Origin: an uncultured Opitutaceae bacterium
Lineage (GTDB): Bacteria; Verrucomicrobiota; Verrucomicrobiia; Opitutales; Opitutaceae
Assembly: GCA_951813085.1 (NCBI GenBank)
Contig: OX638348.1
Location: 627,627-691,626, forward strand
Direction: 5' to 3'
DNA length: 64,000 nt
A program made the translations under genes and the position numbers. The notes under the pieces were generated by a model. The model made no database searches. It was not told the origin of the DNA and saw only the letters and a list, made by a program, of their open reading frames with translations. Positions 47,430 to 57,236 of this stretch are shown here, piece by piece; within the stretch, counting starts at the first letter, position 1; every line of letters starts with the position of its first letter.

Positions 47430-48677
47430 TCAACCGCTAACGCGCTCCGTTCCTTTTAGAACTTCCTTCGTATCCACGATTCCAACACCTGGGCCTTTGG
47501 GAATGGTAAGGGACCCGTCTTCTATACGGAGGGGCGGATCGAACCAGTCGCTGTAGTTTTCAATGTTTCGCTTGTACTCTTGCCAGCCTCCTATGTCCGG
47601 CGTACGAGATGCGAAATGTAGCATGTAGATGAATCCGAATCCGCCGGATATGTGCACGGTCGTGGGGATGTTGAGCAGCTCGGCCATGCGGGATACGCGA
47701 ATCGAGCGGATTAGCCCTCCGTAGTAGTGAAGGTCAGGCTGGACGATGTCGACGGCCCGATTTTCGATGGCCCATTTGAAGCGCCATTGGCTGTATTCCT
47801 GTTCGCCGCCTGCGACCGGAATCTCTAAGGTATCCGTAACCTGGCGGGTATCCTCCAAGCGGTCAAGGGGGCAAGGCTCTTCGAAATAGACGGCGCCGAT
47901 GTCTTCCAGCATTCGCCCTACATCGATCGCTTGGAGGGGATCGTAGGAACTGTTCGAATCGGCGTGGATCGCCATGTCGTCGCCCAGCTCCTGGCGCGAC
48001 AACTTTATTAATTTGGGTGTACGTCCAAGGGAAGCGTCTTCGTTTCGACTCATGCGCCCACCGACTCGATATTTGATGGCTTTGGCCCCCGTCTCGTCGA
48101 TCAGGCCGCGAAGATAGTCGATCTCTTCCTCGGGAGTGGAGTCCCGCCGTCCGCTCGCGACGTAGAAAGGGATCTTCTTGCGGATGACGCCGCCCAGCAA
48201 ATCGCCGATAGACCTTCCGGCAACCCGCCCGAGCAGATCCAGGATCGCGAATTCGATCCAGGCGACGGGGCTCCAAAATGCGAGTCCTTGCAGCTTGTAG
48301 TTGCTCCCCCACCGGTACAGGCCCCAAAGATGGTCTTCGAGCTGTCGGGCATCCTTCCCGATAAAGTAAGGAGCCACGCGTTGCAGGAAGATCGGAGCCA
48401 GGTACTTGGCTCGGTTGTTGTCGAGCGATATACCCTCAGCGCCGTCTTTCGAGCGTACGCGAACGTAGTGCTGGTTTCCCTTTCGCAATAGATCGACCGA
48501 CTCGATGATAACCGGATCTTTCAAGCTTCCCAGTTCGAGGACCGGCTGAGCCGCTGCCTTGTCCAAGTGATAGCTTACGTCGCGACGCTCCTGGCCAATG
48601 AGCGATGCAGCGCTAGCGGCGGCAAGCGCTCCGAGACCGGCGGTCTTGCCCAGGAAATCACGTCGAGTAAGCGCCAT
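47430..48677 (-). CDS. Enolase-superfamily (mandelate racemase/muconate-lactonizing) sugar-acid dehydratase-like enzyme, Tat-exported
   Basis: Tat signal (MALTRRDFLGKTAGLGALAAASAAS) and an MR/MLE-type barrel region (…IHADSNSSYD…VYFEEP…VAGGEQEY…). Confidence 0.8.
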   Translation of the reverse strand: MALTRRDFLGKTAGLGALAAASAASLIGQERRDVSYHLDKAAAQPVLELGSLKDPVIIESVDLLRKGNQHYVRVRSKDGAEGISLDNNRAKYLAPIFLQRVAPYFIGKDARQLEDHLWGLYRWGSNYKLQGLAFWSPVAWIEFAILDLLGRVAGRSIGDLLGGVIRKKIPFYVASGRRDSTPEEEIDYLRGLIDETGAKAIKYRVGGRMSRNEDASLGRTPKLIKLSRQELGDDMAIHADSNSSYDPLQAIDVGRMLEDIGAVYFEEPCPLDRLEDTRQVTDTLEIPVAGGEQEYSQWRFKWAIENRAVDIVQPDLHYYGGLIRSIRVSRMAELLNIPTTVHISGGFGFIYMLHFASRTPDIGGWQEYKRNIENYSDWFDPPLRIEDGSLTIPKGPGVGIVDTKEVLKGTERVSG

Positions 48678-48710
48678 TGCGTCAATCTATGCAAAATAAG
48701 TAGATAGGCA

Positions 48711-48760
48711 AGGGTGAAGGGGAGGGTTGAAGAGTGAGGAGTGAGTGGTGAAGAGTGAAA
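48711..48760. repeat. Tandem heptamer repeat (RGTGARG)x6-7, 35-85 nt upstream of the enolase-superfamily gene start
   Basis: gggtgaag gggaggg ttgaag agtgagg agtgagt ggtgaag agtgaaa. On the coding (minus) strand it reads as TTCACTC/CTCACTC repeats. Confidence 0.5.
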
Positions 48761-48987
48761 CTTGAACCTGTATTCGATTTCATGTAACAAATTCTGTAGC
48801 ATTGATCGTGAGATCAGCGATCCGTCATCTAGCGCTGCTATAAAGGTTGTTCAGGATCGGAATTTAGTTTTGTTACTGGTGAAGGAAGCGTACGACGAAC
48901 GAGACGCGCATCCGTCTTATCGGTCGAATTGCGTCGAGGGCTCATCTGAGGCTTGCGATTCTCTCGAGGGCTCGTAGAAAGTTTCAT

Positions 48988-50409
48988 ATGACAAACCACC
49001 CCAAGTCTCAAAGCCGTAGGCAATTTTTGAAGCGTTCGACGCTTTTCGCGTCTTTTTCGGTACTGCCAAGCTCATTCGTGCTGGGTCAGCAATCGAGTGG
49101 AGGGCAGCTCCCGCCTAGCGGAAAGGTCAATCTCGCAGCGGTCGGGATCGGCAACCAGGGAAGAGGGGACTTGGAGAACTTGTTCAAGTCAGGCCATTGC
49201 AACGTGGTGGCGCTGTGCGATGTCGACCTTTTTGGCAAGCATACCCAATCCTCGCAACAGGCGCATTCCAATGCGCGTCGATTTACTGATTTCCGAGTGA
49301 TGTTTGATGAAATGGCTGACGAGATAGACGCCGTGCTCATCGCGATTCCGGACCACGCCCATTTTTGCGTTGCCATGCTGGCTATGTCTTTGGGCAAGCA
49401 CGTCTTCGTGGAAAAGCCGTTGGCTCATACCTTTGGGCAGTGCGAGCGCCTGATCGACTTGGCGGACCGCAGTGGAGTGGTCACCCAAATGGGCAACCAA
49501 GGCCATTCGGGCGCCAACTACTTTCAATTCAAGGCCTGGAAAGAGGCAGGGGTCATCAAGGATGTCGAACGAATCAGCGCGTTCATGAACAAGGATCGCC
49601 GCTGGCATGGCTGGGGCGCGTCGGTGACCGAGTATCCAAGCCAACCGCTTCCCGATGGAATGGACTGGGACACTTGGTACTGCACCGGTCCGGAGCACCC
49701 GTTTAGCGATCGGCTTCATCCGCAAGAATGGCGGAGCTGGTATGACTATGGAAGCGGCGCTTTTGGCGATTGGGGTCCGCATATTTTGGATACGGCGCAC
49801 CGATTTCTTGAACTAGGCCTTCCTGCCAAGATAACAGCCGTAAAACGCGACCAGCCGAACGATTTTGTGTTCCCTCAAGCCTCTACCATCGAGTTCCAAT
49901 TCGCTGAGCGAAAGACAATGCCAGCGTGTACCGTAACTTGGTACGATGGGGTTGAGAATCTTCCTGAGGTCGAGGAGGAGTTGGGCGAACCTGTGAAGAA
50001 TCCCGACACAGGAAAAACCGAGATCAAGCCACTGAACATCGGCAAGCCTGGAAAGATCATTTATGGCAAGGATCTCACCTTCGCGGGTGGTAGCCATTCC
50101 GATGCGCTCCGCGTTGTACCCAGAAAGAAATTTATGGACGTGAGAGAGATGCTGCCGCGGATCAGTGGCAAGAATTCGAATCACTACGCTAATTTTCTTC
50201 TCGCTTGCAAAGGGGAGGAAGAGTCGCGTTCGCCTTTCCGCGTAAGCGGGGAATTGACGCAAGTATTCAATTTGGGAGTAATCGCCCAGCGTCTCGGAGG
50301 CAGTCTGAGCTTCAATCCTAAGACTCGGAAGATAGTTGGCAACCGAACTGCCAACGCCCTCCTGGAACCCGCGCCGCGCAAAGGGTGGGAAGAATATTAC
50401 TCCATGTAG
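48988..50409 (+). CDS. Gfo/Idh/MocA-family oxidoreductase, Tat-exported
   Basis: Tat signal (…SRRQFLKRSTLFASFSVLPSS) and an N-terminal Rossmann fold of the Gfo/Idh/MocA type (…VNLAAVGIGNQGRG…). Confidence 0.8.
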   Translation: MTNHPKSQSRRQFLKRSTLFASFSVLPSSFVLGQQSSGGQLPPSGKVNLAAVGIGNQGRGDLENLFKSGHCNVVALCDVDLFGKHTQSSQQAHSNARRFTDFRVMFDEMADEIDAVLIAIPDHAHFCVAMLAMSLGKHVFVEKPLAHTFGQCERLIDLADRSGVVTQMGNQGHSGANYFQFKAWKEAGVIKDVERISAFMNKDRRWHGWGASVTEYPSQPLPDGMDWDTWYCTGPEHPFSDRLHPQEWRSWYDYGSGAFGDWGPHILDTAHRFLELGLPAKITAVKRDQPNDFVFPQASTIEFQFAERKTMPACTVTWYDGVENLPEVEEELGEPVKNPDTGKTEIKPLNIGKPGKIIYGKDLTFAGGSHSDALRVVPRKKFMDVREMLPRISGKNSNHYANFLLACKGEEESRSPFRVSGELTQVFNLGVIAQRLGGSLSFNPKTRKIVGNRTANALLEPAPRKGWEEYYSM

Positions 50410-50510
50410 ATCGCCTCAATGCGCAGCGCGATCGTGAGATTGGCGATATTGGAGAAATAGGTTTGGCTGCTGCCCATGCGTTAGTCAGGAGAGCTCCTCC
50501 TGTTAACTAA

Positions 50511-51849
50511 CTACCCATTTCCATAGTGCCAGCCCCAGCCCTTGGGGACTTGGCCTCCGCCTTTGTAGTCGGTGCTGGGCTTGAGAGGTGGCAGCGTCGC
50601 GACGAAGGCGTCGTAGCGCTGCCGTAGTTGATTCACCACTTCAGGATGCTGTTGCGCGCGATCTTTTGATTCCTTGGGATCCTTCTTGAGATCGAAAAGT
50701 TTCCAGCCGTCTGGATATTTTATCAGGCGCCAGTCTTTCCATCGAACTGCGTATAGGTTTCGCCGTGGCGCGTCGGTGGGATCGGCATTGTGCCAAAAGA
50801 TGTATTCGTGAGCATCGCCATTCTTATCGCCCTAAAGAAAGGGCAATAGGTTTACGCTGTCGCAGCGAGGGGGGCAAGGGCTTGCCAATGGCGGCTGCCA
50901 TAGTGGCGTAGAAATCGATGGTAGCGGTTTTGCCTTCATAGGTGATGCCGGCGGGAATGGCTTTGGGCCAGGTGATGATGGTAGGCGTATGCACCCAGTC
51001 CTCCTGCTGCGTGTCTTTCCCTTTTCCTCCGCGATAGGGTTCGGAGCTACCGCCGTGAGCCCGATTCGCCCCGTTGTCGCCCGTTAAGAAGATAAGCGTG
51101 TCGTTCTCAAGCTCGTGCGTCTCTAACGACTTGAGCAATTTGCCCACAGCGTCGTCGACCGCTACGACAGCGCCCTCGTAGGCAGTGCCATCGCCTCCGG
51201 GAATTCGGTCTCGATAGTGTTGGGGAGTATTCTTGACGTTTGAGTGAACGGCGAACGGCGAGAAATATAGAAAGAAGGGCTTCTCTGCGTTACGCTCGAC
51301 GAATTCGGCCATGTAGTCGCCATCGAGGTCCGTAAGGTAAACATAGCTGCCATCTTCCCGCTCGCGGTCATACTGTTGTCCAAGGGCGTTTTTGGCCACT
51401 TCCATGAAGCCGCGTTCATGGGGGCCTTGTCCCACTGCCCCTATATCCCACTTGCCAATTTGTCCGGTGGTGTAGCCTGCATCCCGCATGAATTCACCCA
51501 TAGTGGGGTGGTCTTCCGGGATGGGCAGGCCGCGGGCCATGCCAGACTTTCCGTACCGTTGCGCGTACATTCCGGTCATGAGACTGCAACGGCTGGGAGA
51601 GCAGGGCGGATTGGTGATGTAGGACATCGTGCACTTAGCTCCTCGTGCCGCGAGCGAATCGATGTGTGGCGTGGGAATGCGCAGATGACCAAAGCATCCA
51701 AGGTCGCCGACACCAAGATCATCGATAAAGAGAATGACCATGTTGGGTCGCTTGCGACCGCTTTCCTGAGCGAAATTGAATTCAGGAACGAGGCTCGTAG
51801 CGATAGCTCCGGCCGTAGCGGTCTTGATAAAGTGGCGTCTGTGGTTCAT
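50511..51849 (-). pseudogene. Sulfatase (arylsulfatase-like) with a frameshift in a G6/C6 run plus an in-frame TAG
   Basis: Main ORF 50824-51849 carries the sulfatase N-terminal signature (…CSPSRCSLMTGMY…). The conserved C-terminus (…GDKNGDAHEYIFWHNADP…KDWRLIKYPDGWKLFDLKKDP…) continues in the +1 frame down to a TAG at 50511-50513. The shift coincides with gggggg at 50869-50874. The continuation contains a TAG (plus 'cta' 50832-50834) within …DSVNLLPFL*GDKNGD…. Confidence 0.7.
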
Positions 51850-51999
51850 GGATACAGTTATTTGGAATAAGGTTTGATATTGAGCAGGACGTACCTGTGC
51901 CTCGGAAGTTTAATGCTATTCTTGTCTTATTTCATCAAGTTGGCGAAGCCATCAAGCGAGCGAGATACGAGCGCATCCTGTTAGATATATTAAGTTTCG

Positions 52000-54555
52000 C
52001 TATCTGGGCAGGGGCGTATTGGGTGGCACTGCGTTGTTTGGGCGCGGGTTGCGATTTCCGAAGACGAGCATCTGCTCGCGGGATTCTATCGTTACGAACG
52101 ATTCGTCGATCTCGCCGTTCGCATCTCGCATAGGACTGAAGTCGAGTTTCAGGTGCTTCTCTAGAAAAGGGTAGGCGGCCATTCGTTTCGATACTCCATA
52201 GTCATGACCTTCATCGGCGAAGTGCGCATTCGCTACCTTGTCCGCTTCGCCGTACAGATTGTACACGTGCTTGATATACGGATACTCGGTTTGAGGAACT
52301 TTTTTGGTCCAGTCTTCCCCATTGGAAATGACGAGCTGCGGTCGAGGCGCAGCGAGGGCCGCGATTTCGGCGTTGTTGGTCTTGTGGGTCAGGCTGTGAT
52401 GGATGGGCATGCCGCTCTCGCAGACGCAGCCCCCGAAGAAATGAGCGGACACCTGACATACCGGAACGCTCACCGCGACGCGATCATCGACGGCGGCAAG
52501 GATGAAAGACTGGGTTCCTCCTCCAGAGCAACCCGTAATCGCGAGCCGTTGCGAGTCTACGTGCGGCAAGGTCTCCAGGAAGTCGAGCGCCCGCATGCTG
52601 TTCCAAGTCTGCAAGCGCAGGACCTCAGGCGTTTGCTTGTGCTCCCAGCCGGCCTCTTCCCAATCACCATAGCCGACCATATCGTACTGGAAGACGGCGG
52701 CGCCCGCTCGAGCCAGTACGGCGCACCGCATTTGGCGACGGTCGATGAAGCGTCCTCCGTGACCATGCGGGCACAGGATCCCGGCCAATTCGCCATCGTA
52801 GTCAATGGGAAGATACAGGGAACCTGTCACATGAAAGCCGGGAGCGCTTTCGAACGAGACGCTTTCTACGGAATAGCCATCGTAGATTCGCTTGTCGGTA
52901 AACTTTGCATTGAGCGGCGTTCGCTTGGGTAGTGTAGATAGACCTGCTCCCTGCAGTATTCCATCGCGGATGGCTTGCTTACGTTTTTCCCAACCTGCGA
53001 CATCGGAATAGCTTTCCTTGAATTCCTCAAGCTCGTCCTTGGCTTCATCGGGAGTCATACTATGTCCAATACGAAGAATATCACCACGTTCTTTCGCTTG
53101 GACCACATCTCTATTGTTGACAGTTCCGTCGACGCCATGGTGGGTCAAAACTGCTTGAACCTGATCCTCCTCCCGCTCAATAGCGACGGACAGAAATCCG
53201 CCGATCACGTCGAGGTACTGGTGATACTCATTGCGGTATTCGTTACGATAGCCTCCTGCGTGCGCATCAGAGGCGGGTCCAGAGGAATACTCTCGCATGC
53301 CGGTTTGGGGATCCACCGATACGTATTGCCAATGCCGATCTCCGCAGATGACCAGCATGTTGTTTTGGCTTGAGATAAACTTCCTTAGCCTATCCCCCTC
53401 GGTTTGAAAGGTTTTGTTGGAGTGATTATCCTTCTTGCTTTCTCTGTCTGGACCGAGAATGGGTGTAGGAGAAATAAGGATACGGAATGTAGCATCGGAA
53501 GCCTGGGCTGATTCGATGAACCACTTTTCTTGCTTACGTCCCCAAATCGTTTTCGAGCTTCCATCCGGAATATCGTTGGGAGAGCGAAAGTCGCGCCCTT
53601 CGACCATCCAAATCTGCAGGTCCTTGCCCCAGCGTATTGTACGATAGGTGCGGTCGCCCATCGGTACCTGCTCTCTAAATACCTCTAGGCCTTGCTCGAA
53701 GGTGAACGCACCCATATACTTGGTTTCTTGACCGGGCCAGCAATCGTTCATCCAGGTATCGTGGTCATCCTTGATGAAGTAAGAAGAAACGTTCCGGTGG
53801 AAATCGACCAAGGTTTGAAGGCTGTACATGCGTTGCCAGTGCCAGTGAGCCAGGGGCAAGGTCTTGGCCATGCGATCGTAGTAGAGAATATCGCCTGCAT
53901 TAACGTAGAAGTTCGGATTGAGCGCCTGCATAGACGGGTAGATTTCGAAGCCGTCGGATCGATCGATGTCGTGGTAGGCTTGGCAAGTCGATACGGTGAA
54001 TAGGACGCGATCTATCTGCTTGGCAGTGGGAGCAGTGCGAAATCCGCCCTCTATGGAATTGCCCGACTCCGATTCGACGCGGACCTGGTAGGCCGTATTC
54101 GCTCGCAATCCTTCAATCGTCGCTTGTCGGGTATAGTCGCGAGTCGATTCGACTTCGAGCCAATCCGTTTTTCGCCATTGCGAATCGCTCGCCCCACGGT
54201 ACCATACACGGGCCTTGCCCGGGGCTCCCGGCACGGCTCCTTCGAGCTCGCTCGCTGTCTTGCCGTCAGGAAAGAGTACCATTGGCGCGGCGTTCGGGCG
54301 GCCTTTGGCGGGCCCATAGTCGCCCGTTTCCTCATCCAGGTAGACGACGTCCGGCATACCGCCTTCGGCTCCGACACGTTCTTCGTCCTCGCTCAGGCGA
54401 AACCAGACGATTGCGCTATCGGAATCGACCTCGCCGATTTTGATGCCCGTTGCGAAATAGGGACCTGCGCCTTTCGTGGGTTCCGGTAGGAGCAAGGATG
54501 TAAGCAGAACGAGCGAAACTGTAGACGAACGAAAATTCATTCTTTTTGGGTACAA
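52000..54555 (-). CDS. PhoD-like phosphatase (calcineurin-like) fused to a C-terminal alpha/beta-hydrolase (esterase/dienelactone-hydrolase-like) domain
   Basis: 851 aa. Signal peptide, PhoD-like metallophosphatase region (…[11 protein letters not shown]…[11 protein letters not shown]…) and a C-terminal serine-hydrolase region with GxSxG (ITGCSGGG). Confidence 0.7.
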   Translation of the reverse strand: MYPKRMNFRSSTVSLVLLTSLLLPEPTKGAGPYFATGIKIGEVDSDSAIVWFRLSEDEERVGAEGGMPDVVYLDEETGDYGPAKGRPNAAPMVLFPDGKTASELEGAVPGAPGKARVWYRGASDSQWRKTDWLEVESTRDYTRQATIEGLRANTAYQVRVESESGNSIEGGFRTAPTAKQIDRVLFTVSTCQAYHDIDRSDGFEIYPSMQALNPNFYVNAGDILYYDRMAKTLPLAHWHWQRMYSLQTLVDFHRNVSSYFIKDDHDTWMNDCWPGQETKYMGAFTFEQGLEVFREQVPMGDRTYRTIRWGKDLQIWMVEGRDFRSPNDIPDGSSKTIWGRKQEKWFIESAQASDATFRILISPTPILGPDRESKKDNHSNKTFQTEGDRLRKFISSQNNMLVICGDRHWQYVSVDPQTGMREYSSGPASDAHAGGYRNEYRNEYHQYLDVIGGFLSVAIEREEDQVQAVLTHHGVDGTVNNRDVVQAKERGDILRIGHSMTPDEAKDELEEFKESYSDVAGWEKRKQAIRDGILQGAGLSTLPKRTPLNAKFTDKRIYDGYSVESVSFESAPGFHVTGSLYLPIDYDGELAGILCPHGHGGRFIDRRQMRCAVLARAGAAVFQYDMVGYGDWEEAGWEHKQTPEVLRLQTWNSMRALDFLETLPHVDSQRLAITGCSGGGTQSFILAAVDDRVAVSVPVCQVSAHFFGGCVCESGMPIHHSLTHKTNNAEIAALAAPRPQLVISNGEDWTKKVPQTEYPYIKHVYNLYGEADKVANAHFADEGHDYGVSKRMAAYPFLEKHLKLDFSPMRDANGEIDESFVTIESREQMLVFGNRNPRPNNAVPPNTPLPR

Positions 54556-54591
54556 GTTATCGAGGTAGCGAGCGGTGGATCGGTGCGAGCG

Positions 54592-57129
54592 CTAGCGCGC
54601 TCGTTGCTTTTGGAGCTTTTTAAGTTCCTTGTTTTCTAGATCTCGAATGAGAGTGGTGTAGGTTACGTCCGTGTCGAAAACCTTAAGGGTAACGGAGCTT
54701 CCTTCAGATACGGGCAGCGTGTATTCAATTTCTTTTGTCGATTCGTTGACGAGCTGAACATTGGTGGCTCCGCGAGGTATCTCGATCTTGGGTAGATGAC
54801 CTGCCGCTTCGCGTCCATATTGCGCTTCCAACGGGATGGTATGGGGCCAGCCGAGATACTGTCCGCGATTTTTCCTGGGGGTCCAATTGGTGTCGGGTCC
54901 CCAGTTCTCGACGGTTGATTCGAATGTCTTTGTATTGAATCGAACGATACCGTAGCCGCTACCGCTGCCCTGCAATCGTACGAACATTGAACTGTCCGTA
55001 GGCTCGAAATTGGGATTGATCGTGTCGGGGCGGTTGTTGACGGCCCATACATTCACCTTGTTCTTGAAGCCGTCGAGAAACTCACCGGTGTACTCGGGGG
55101 CGCCAGGTTGGCGATTCTTCCCGGGTTCGAGCGGGTCCCAGAGCCGCTTGTAGCCGTTGGCGATGCCTGGAGGGGCGAAGGACCAGCCAGAGTCATTCCA
55201 GTCATCCACTCCCTGGTGGGTCAAGGTGCCGACGTGCTGATCGCCATGAACCATGATGGCGTGGGCGCGGCGAATGGACTTCAAAGCGCGGTTCCGACCG
55301 CTCTGTGGCCACCCGTTCGAGTCGAGGTCGGCTGCCAGTCGCCCGTTGTAGGATCCATGCGTGGTGGCGACGGAACCGAAAGGCGTTTGCGAAAGGACGG
55401 CTTTCATCTTGTCGCCTTTCCAATTAGTGGTCCAGTGATCGAGGAATGTGAGCTGGCGATCGCCGAGAAGCTTGAGTCCGGGCTTGTCGACCAGACGCGT
55501 ATCGAATTCTGGATCGGTCACATGATCGATGCGCCCTTGTCCGCCCACGGGTTCATCAAGCGCATCGCCAGGAGCGGACTTGAACTTGCGGTCCTCCAGA
55601 ATGGCGAAGCTGACGCCCCCCACCGTGAGTTCTGTGTAGTAGACGGTGATCCCCTGTCTCACAGGCGTGGGGTTGAAGGGGTCGGGAAGGTGGGAGACCT
55701 GGGTGCGCTGAACCATGTTGACCCACTTTGGGTGCATATTGTATCCGCCAAAGCTGCTGGTGGTTTTGGCCACCTTTGGCATAGCGGCGCCGCCTTGCCC
55801 CCAGATATTGCCGTGATAGACGTCATGATCGTCGGGGATAATGACGGAGGGGCGATCCTTGAGCACTTCGCGAAAGCTCCAGCCGAAGAGCCAGTACTTT
55901 TGCAGATAATTTAGGGCGGCCCTAGGGATGTCCGCTTCGGAATGCGTGCGCACAACGCCGTAGCCCGCGACGCTTTCGTAAATCTGGTCGCCGGCGAAGA
56001 ATACCAGGTCCGGATTTTGGGCGTGTACGCTTTCGGCGATGTATTGATTGGGGAATGCGTAGTCGTGCATGCAGGACATGGCAGCGAGCGTGATCTCTTC
56101 CTGATCCATTGGGTCCCGACGTATGCGTCCGTCCCAATGATCGGTGACATCGCCAGAGCCGATGGCGTAGTCGAAGCTGAGGCGGTATTCGGTGTCGCGT
56201 TCGCTATTCCATTCTTCAATGCGAAAATGTGCGGTACGGGAAAGGGGGTCTATGGCTCCGCGCGCTGCAGGCTTCCAGGTGTCGCCATCCTTCAATGACA
56301 GTATAACAACCTTGTTTTCTCCAGAACCCACAGGGGCGACATGTGCGGTCATTTTCATGATGTCATCATGTAGCGTGTACTGCGACCAGAGAATGGGGCC
56401 GAAGCGTTGATCGTCCTTGGAGGCGATCTTTCTACCGGACACCTTCCAGTCGCTGAACCAGAAGCGAAAGTCGCCATTGGACCCGGTGCGTCGGGAGGCA
56501 TTCGATTGACCGCTATTGTCGATTGGCCCCGCGAATAGGCCGATATTGCCGATGAGCGGGTCGCTTTTTACCGTGGCGGAGAATTCAGCCAATACATCTC
56601 TGGATCCTGAGCCACGCCGCGCTTCAATCGTCACATTGGCGTTGGTTCCGCGACATTGGATCTCGACGTCCAGCTGTACGTTTTCGAGGAGAGAGGGATC
56701 GAGAGCGGCTTGGGAAAAGTGGCTACCGATAAAGAGCTTACCTTCTGTGGTGATGCCCGCGTTGACTCCCGAGCTACTGAATAAATTGGATCGATATTCC
56801 TCGGGCATCGCTCCGGTTACGGCAAAGCGAAAACCGACGGCGCCCATCCCGTTCTCATCGGAATGATCGCAGAGGGCTCCCGCCCGAACGCTCATCGTGA
56901 AGGAGCCGTTGCCGGGCTTCATCTGGTGCGTGAGCAGCTGGATGTCGTGCCCGCGCCCGCCTTGCACGATTTCGATGCGTCCATTGGAAACTTGCCAATC
57001 CATCATGGGTGTGGACCAGATTTCGGGGGCGATCCAAGGTCGGGTTACGGAATCGGGCAAATCCAATGAGTAGTCGTCCGCGAAAGCGAGCGATGGGAGG
57101 GCTAGGAGAAGAAGCGATAGTTTGCGCAT
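54592..57129 (-). CDS. PhoD-like alkaline phosphatase family protein, secreted
   Basis: Start set at the ATG of MRKLSLLLLALPSLAFA (57127-57129). The ORF-track N-terminal extension is Arg-rich junk. Calcineurin-like motifs are present (…DDHDVYHGNIWGQGG…). Confidence 0.75.
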   Translation of the reverse strand: MRKLSLLLLALPSLAFADDYSLDLPDSVTRPWIAPEIWSTPMMDWQVSNGRIEIVQGGRGHDIQLLTHQMKPGNGSFTMSVRAGALCDHSDENGMGAVGFRFAVTGAMPEEYRSNLFSSSGVNAGITTEGKLFIGSHFSQAALDPSLLENVQLDVEIQCRGTNANVTIEARRGSGSRDVLAEFSATVKSDPLIGNIGLFAGPIDNSGQSNASRRTGSNGDFRFWFSDWKVSGRKIASKDDQRFGPILWSQYTLHDDIMKMTAHVAPVGSGENKVVILSLKDGDTWKPAARGAIDPLSRTAHFRIEEWNSERDTEYRLSFDYAIGSGDVTDHWDGRIRRDPMDQEEITLAAMSCMHDYAFPNQYIAESVHAQNPDLVFFAGDQIYESVAGYGVVRTHSEADIPRAALNYLQKYWLFGWSFREVLKDRPSVIIPDDHDVYHGNIWGQGGAAMPKVAKTTSSFGGYNMHPKWVNMVQRTQVSHLPDPFNPTPVRQGITVYYTELTVGGVSFAILEDRKFKSAPGDALDEPVGGQGRIDHVTDPEFDTRLVDKPGLKLLGDRQLTFLDHWTTNWKGDKMKAVLSQTPFGSVATTHGSYNGRLAADLDSNGWPQSGRNRALKSIRRAHAIMVHGDQHVGTLTHQGVDDWNDSGWSFAPPGIANGYKRLWDPLEPGKNRQPGAPEYTGEFLDGFKNKVNVWAVNNRPDTINPNFEPTDSSMFVRLQGSGSGYGIVRFNTKTFESTVENWGPDTNWTPRKNRGQYLGWPHTIPLEAQYGREAAGHLPKIEIPRGATNVQLVNESTKEIEYTLPVSEGSSVTLKVFDTDVTYTTLIRDLENKELKKLQKQRAR

Positions 57130-57130
57130 T

Positions 57131-57158
57131 TGAATGGTGAAGAGTGAACGGTGAAATA
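57131..57158. repeat. Tandem heptamer repeat (TGAANRG)x4 immediately 5' of the PhoD-like gene start
   Basis: tgaatgg tgaagag tgaacgg tgaaata. The core ggtgaagagtgaa is shared with the repeat block at 48711-48760. Confidence 0.45.
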
Positions 57159-57236
57159 AGGCGGGCGCGGAACGCGCTTGGCTAGGGGATTCGGGGGTCG
57201 GTGATGGAATTGGACAATCTAGGATTTGCGCTCCGA

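Noticed and set aside
50478-50496. Rho-independent terminator (caggagagctcctcctg hairpin) between the convergent Gfo/Idh/MocA and sulfatase genes
   Set aside because: Stem of 6 bp with a 5-nt loop, but no following T-tract on either strand. Too weak to call.
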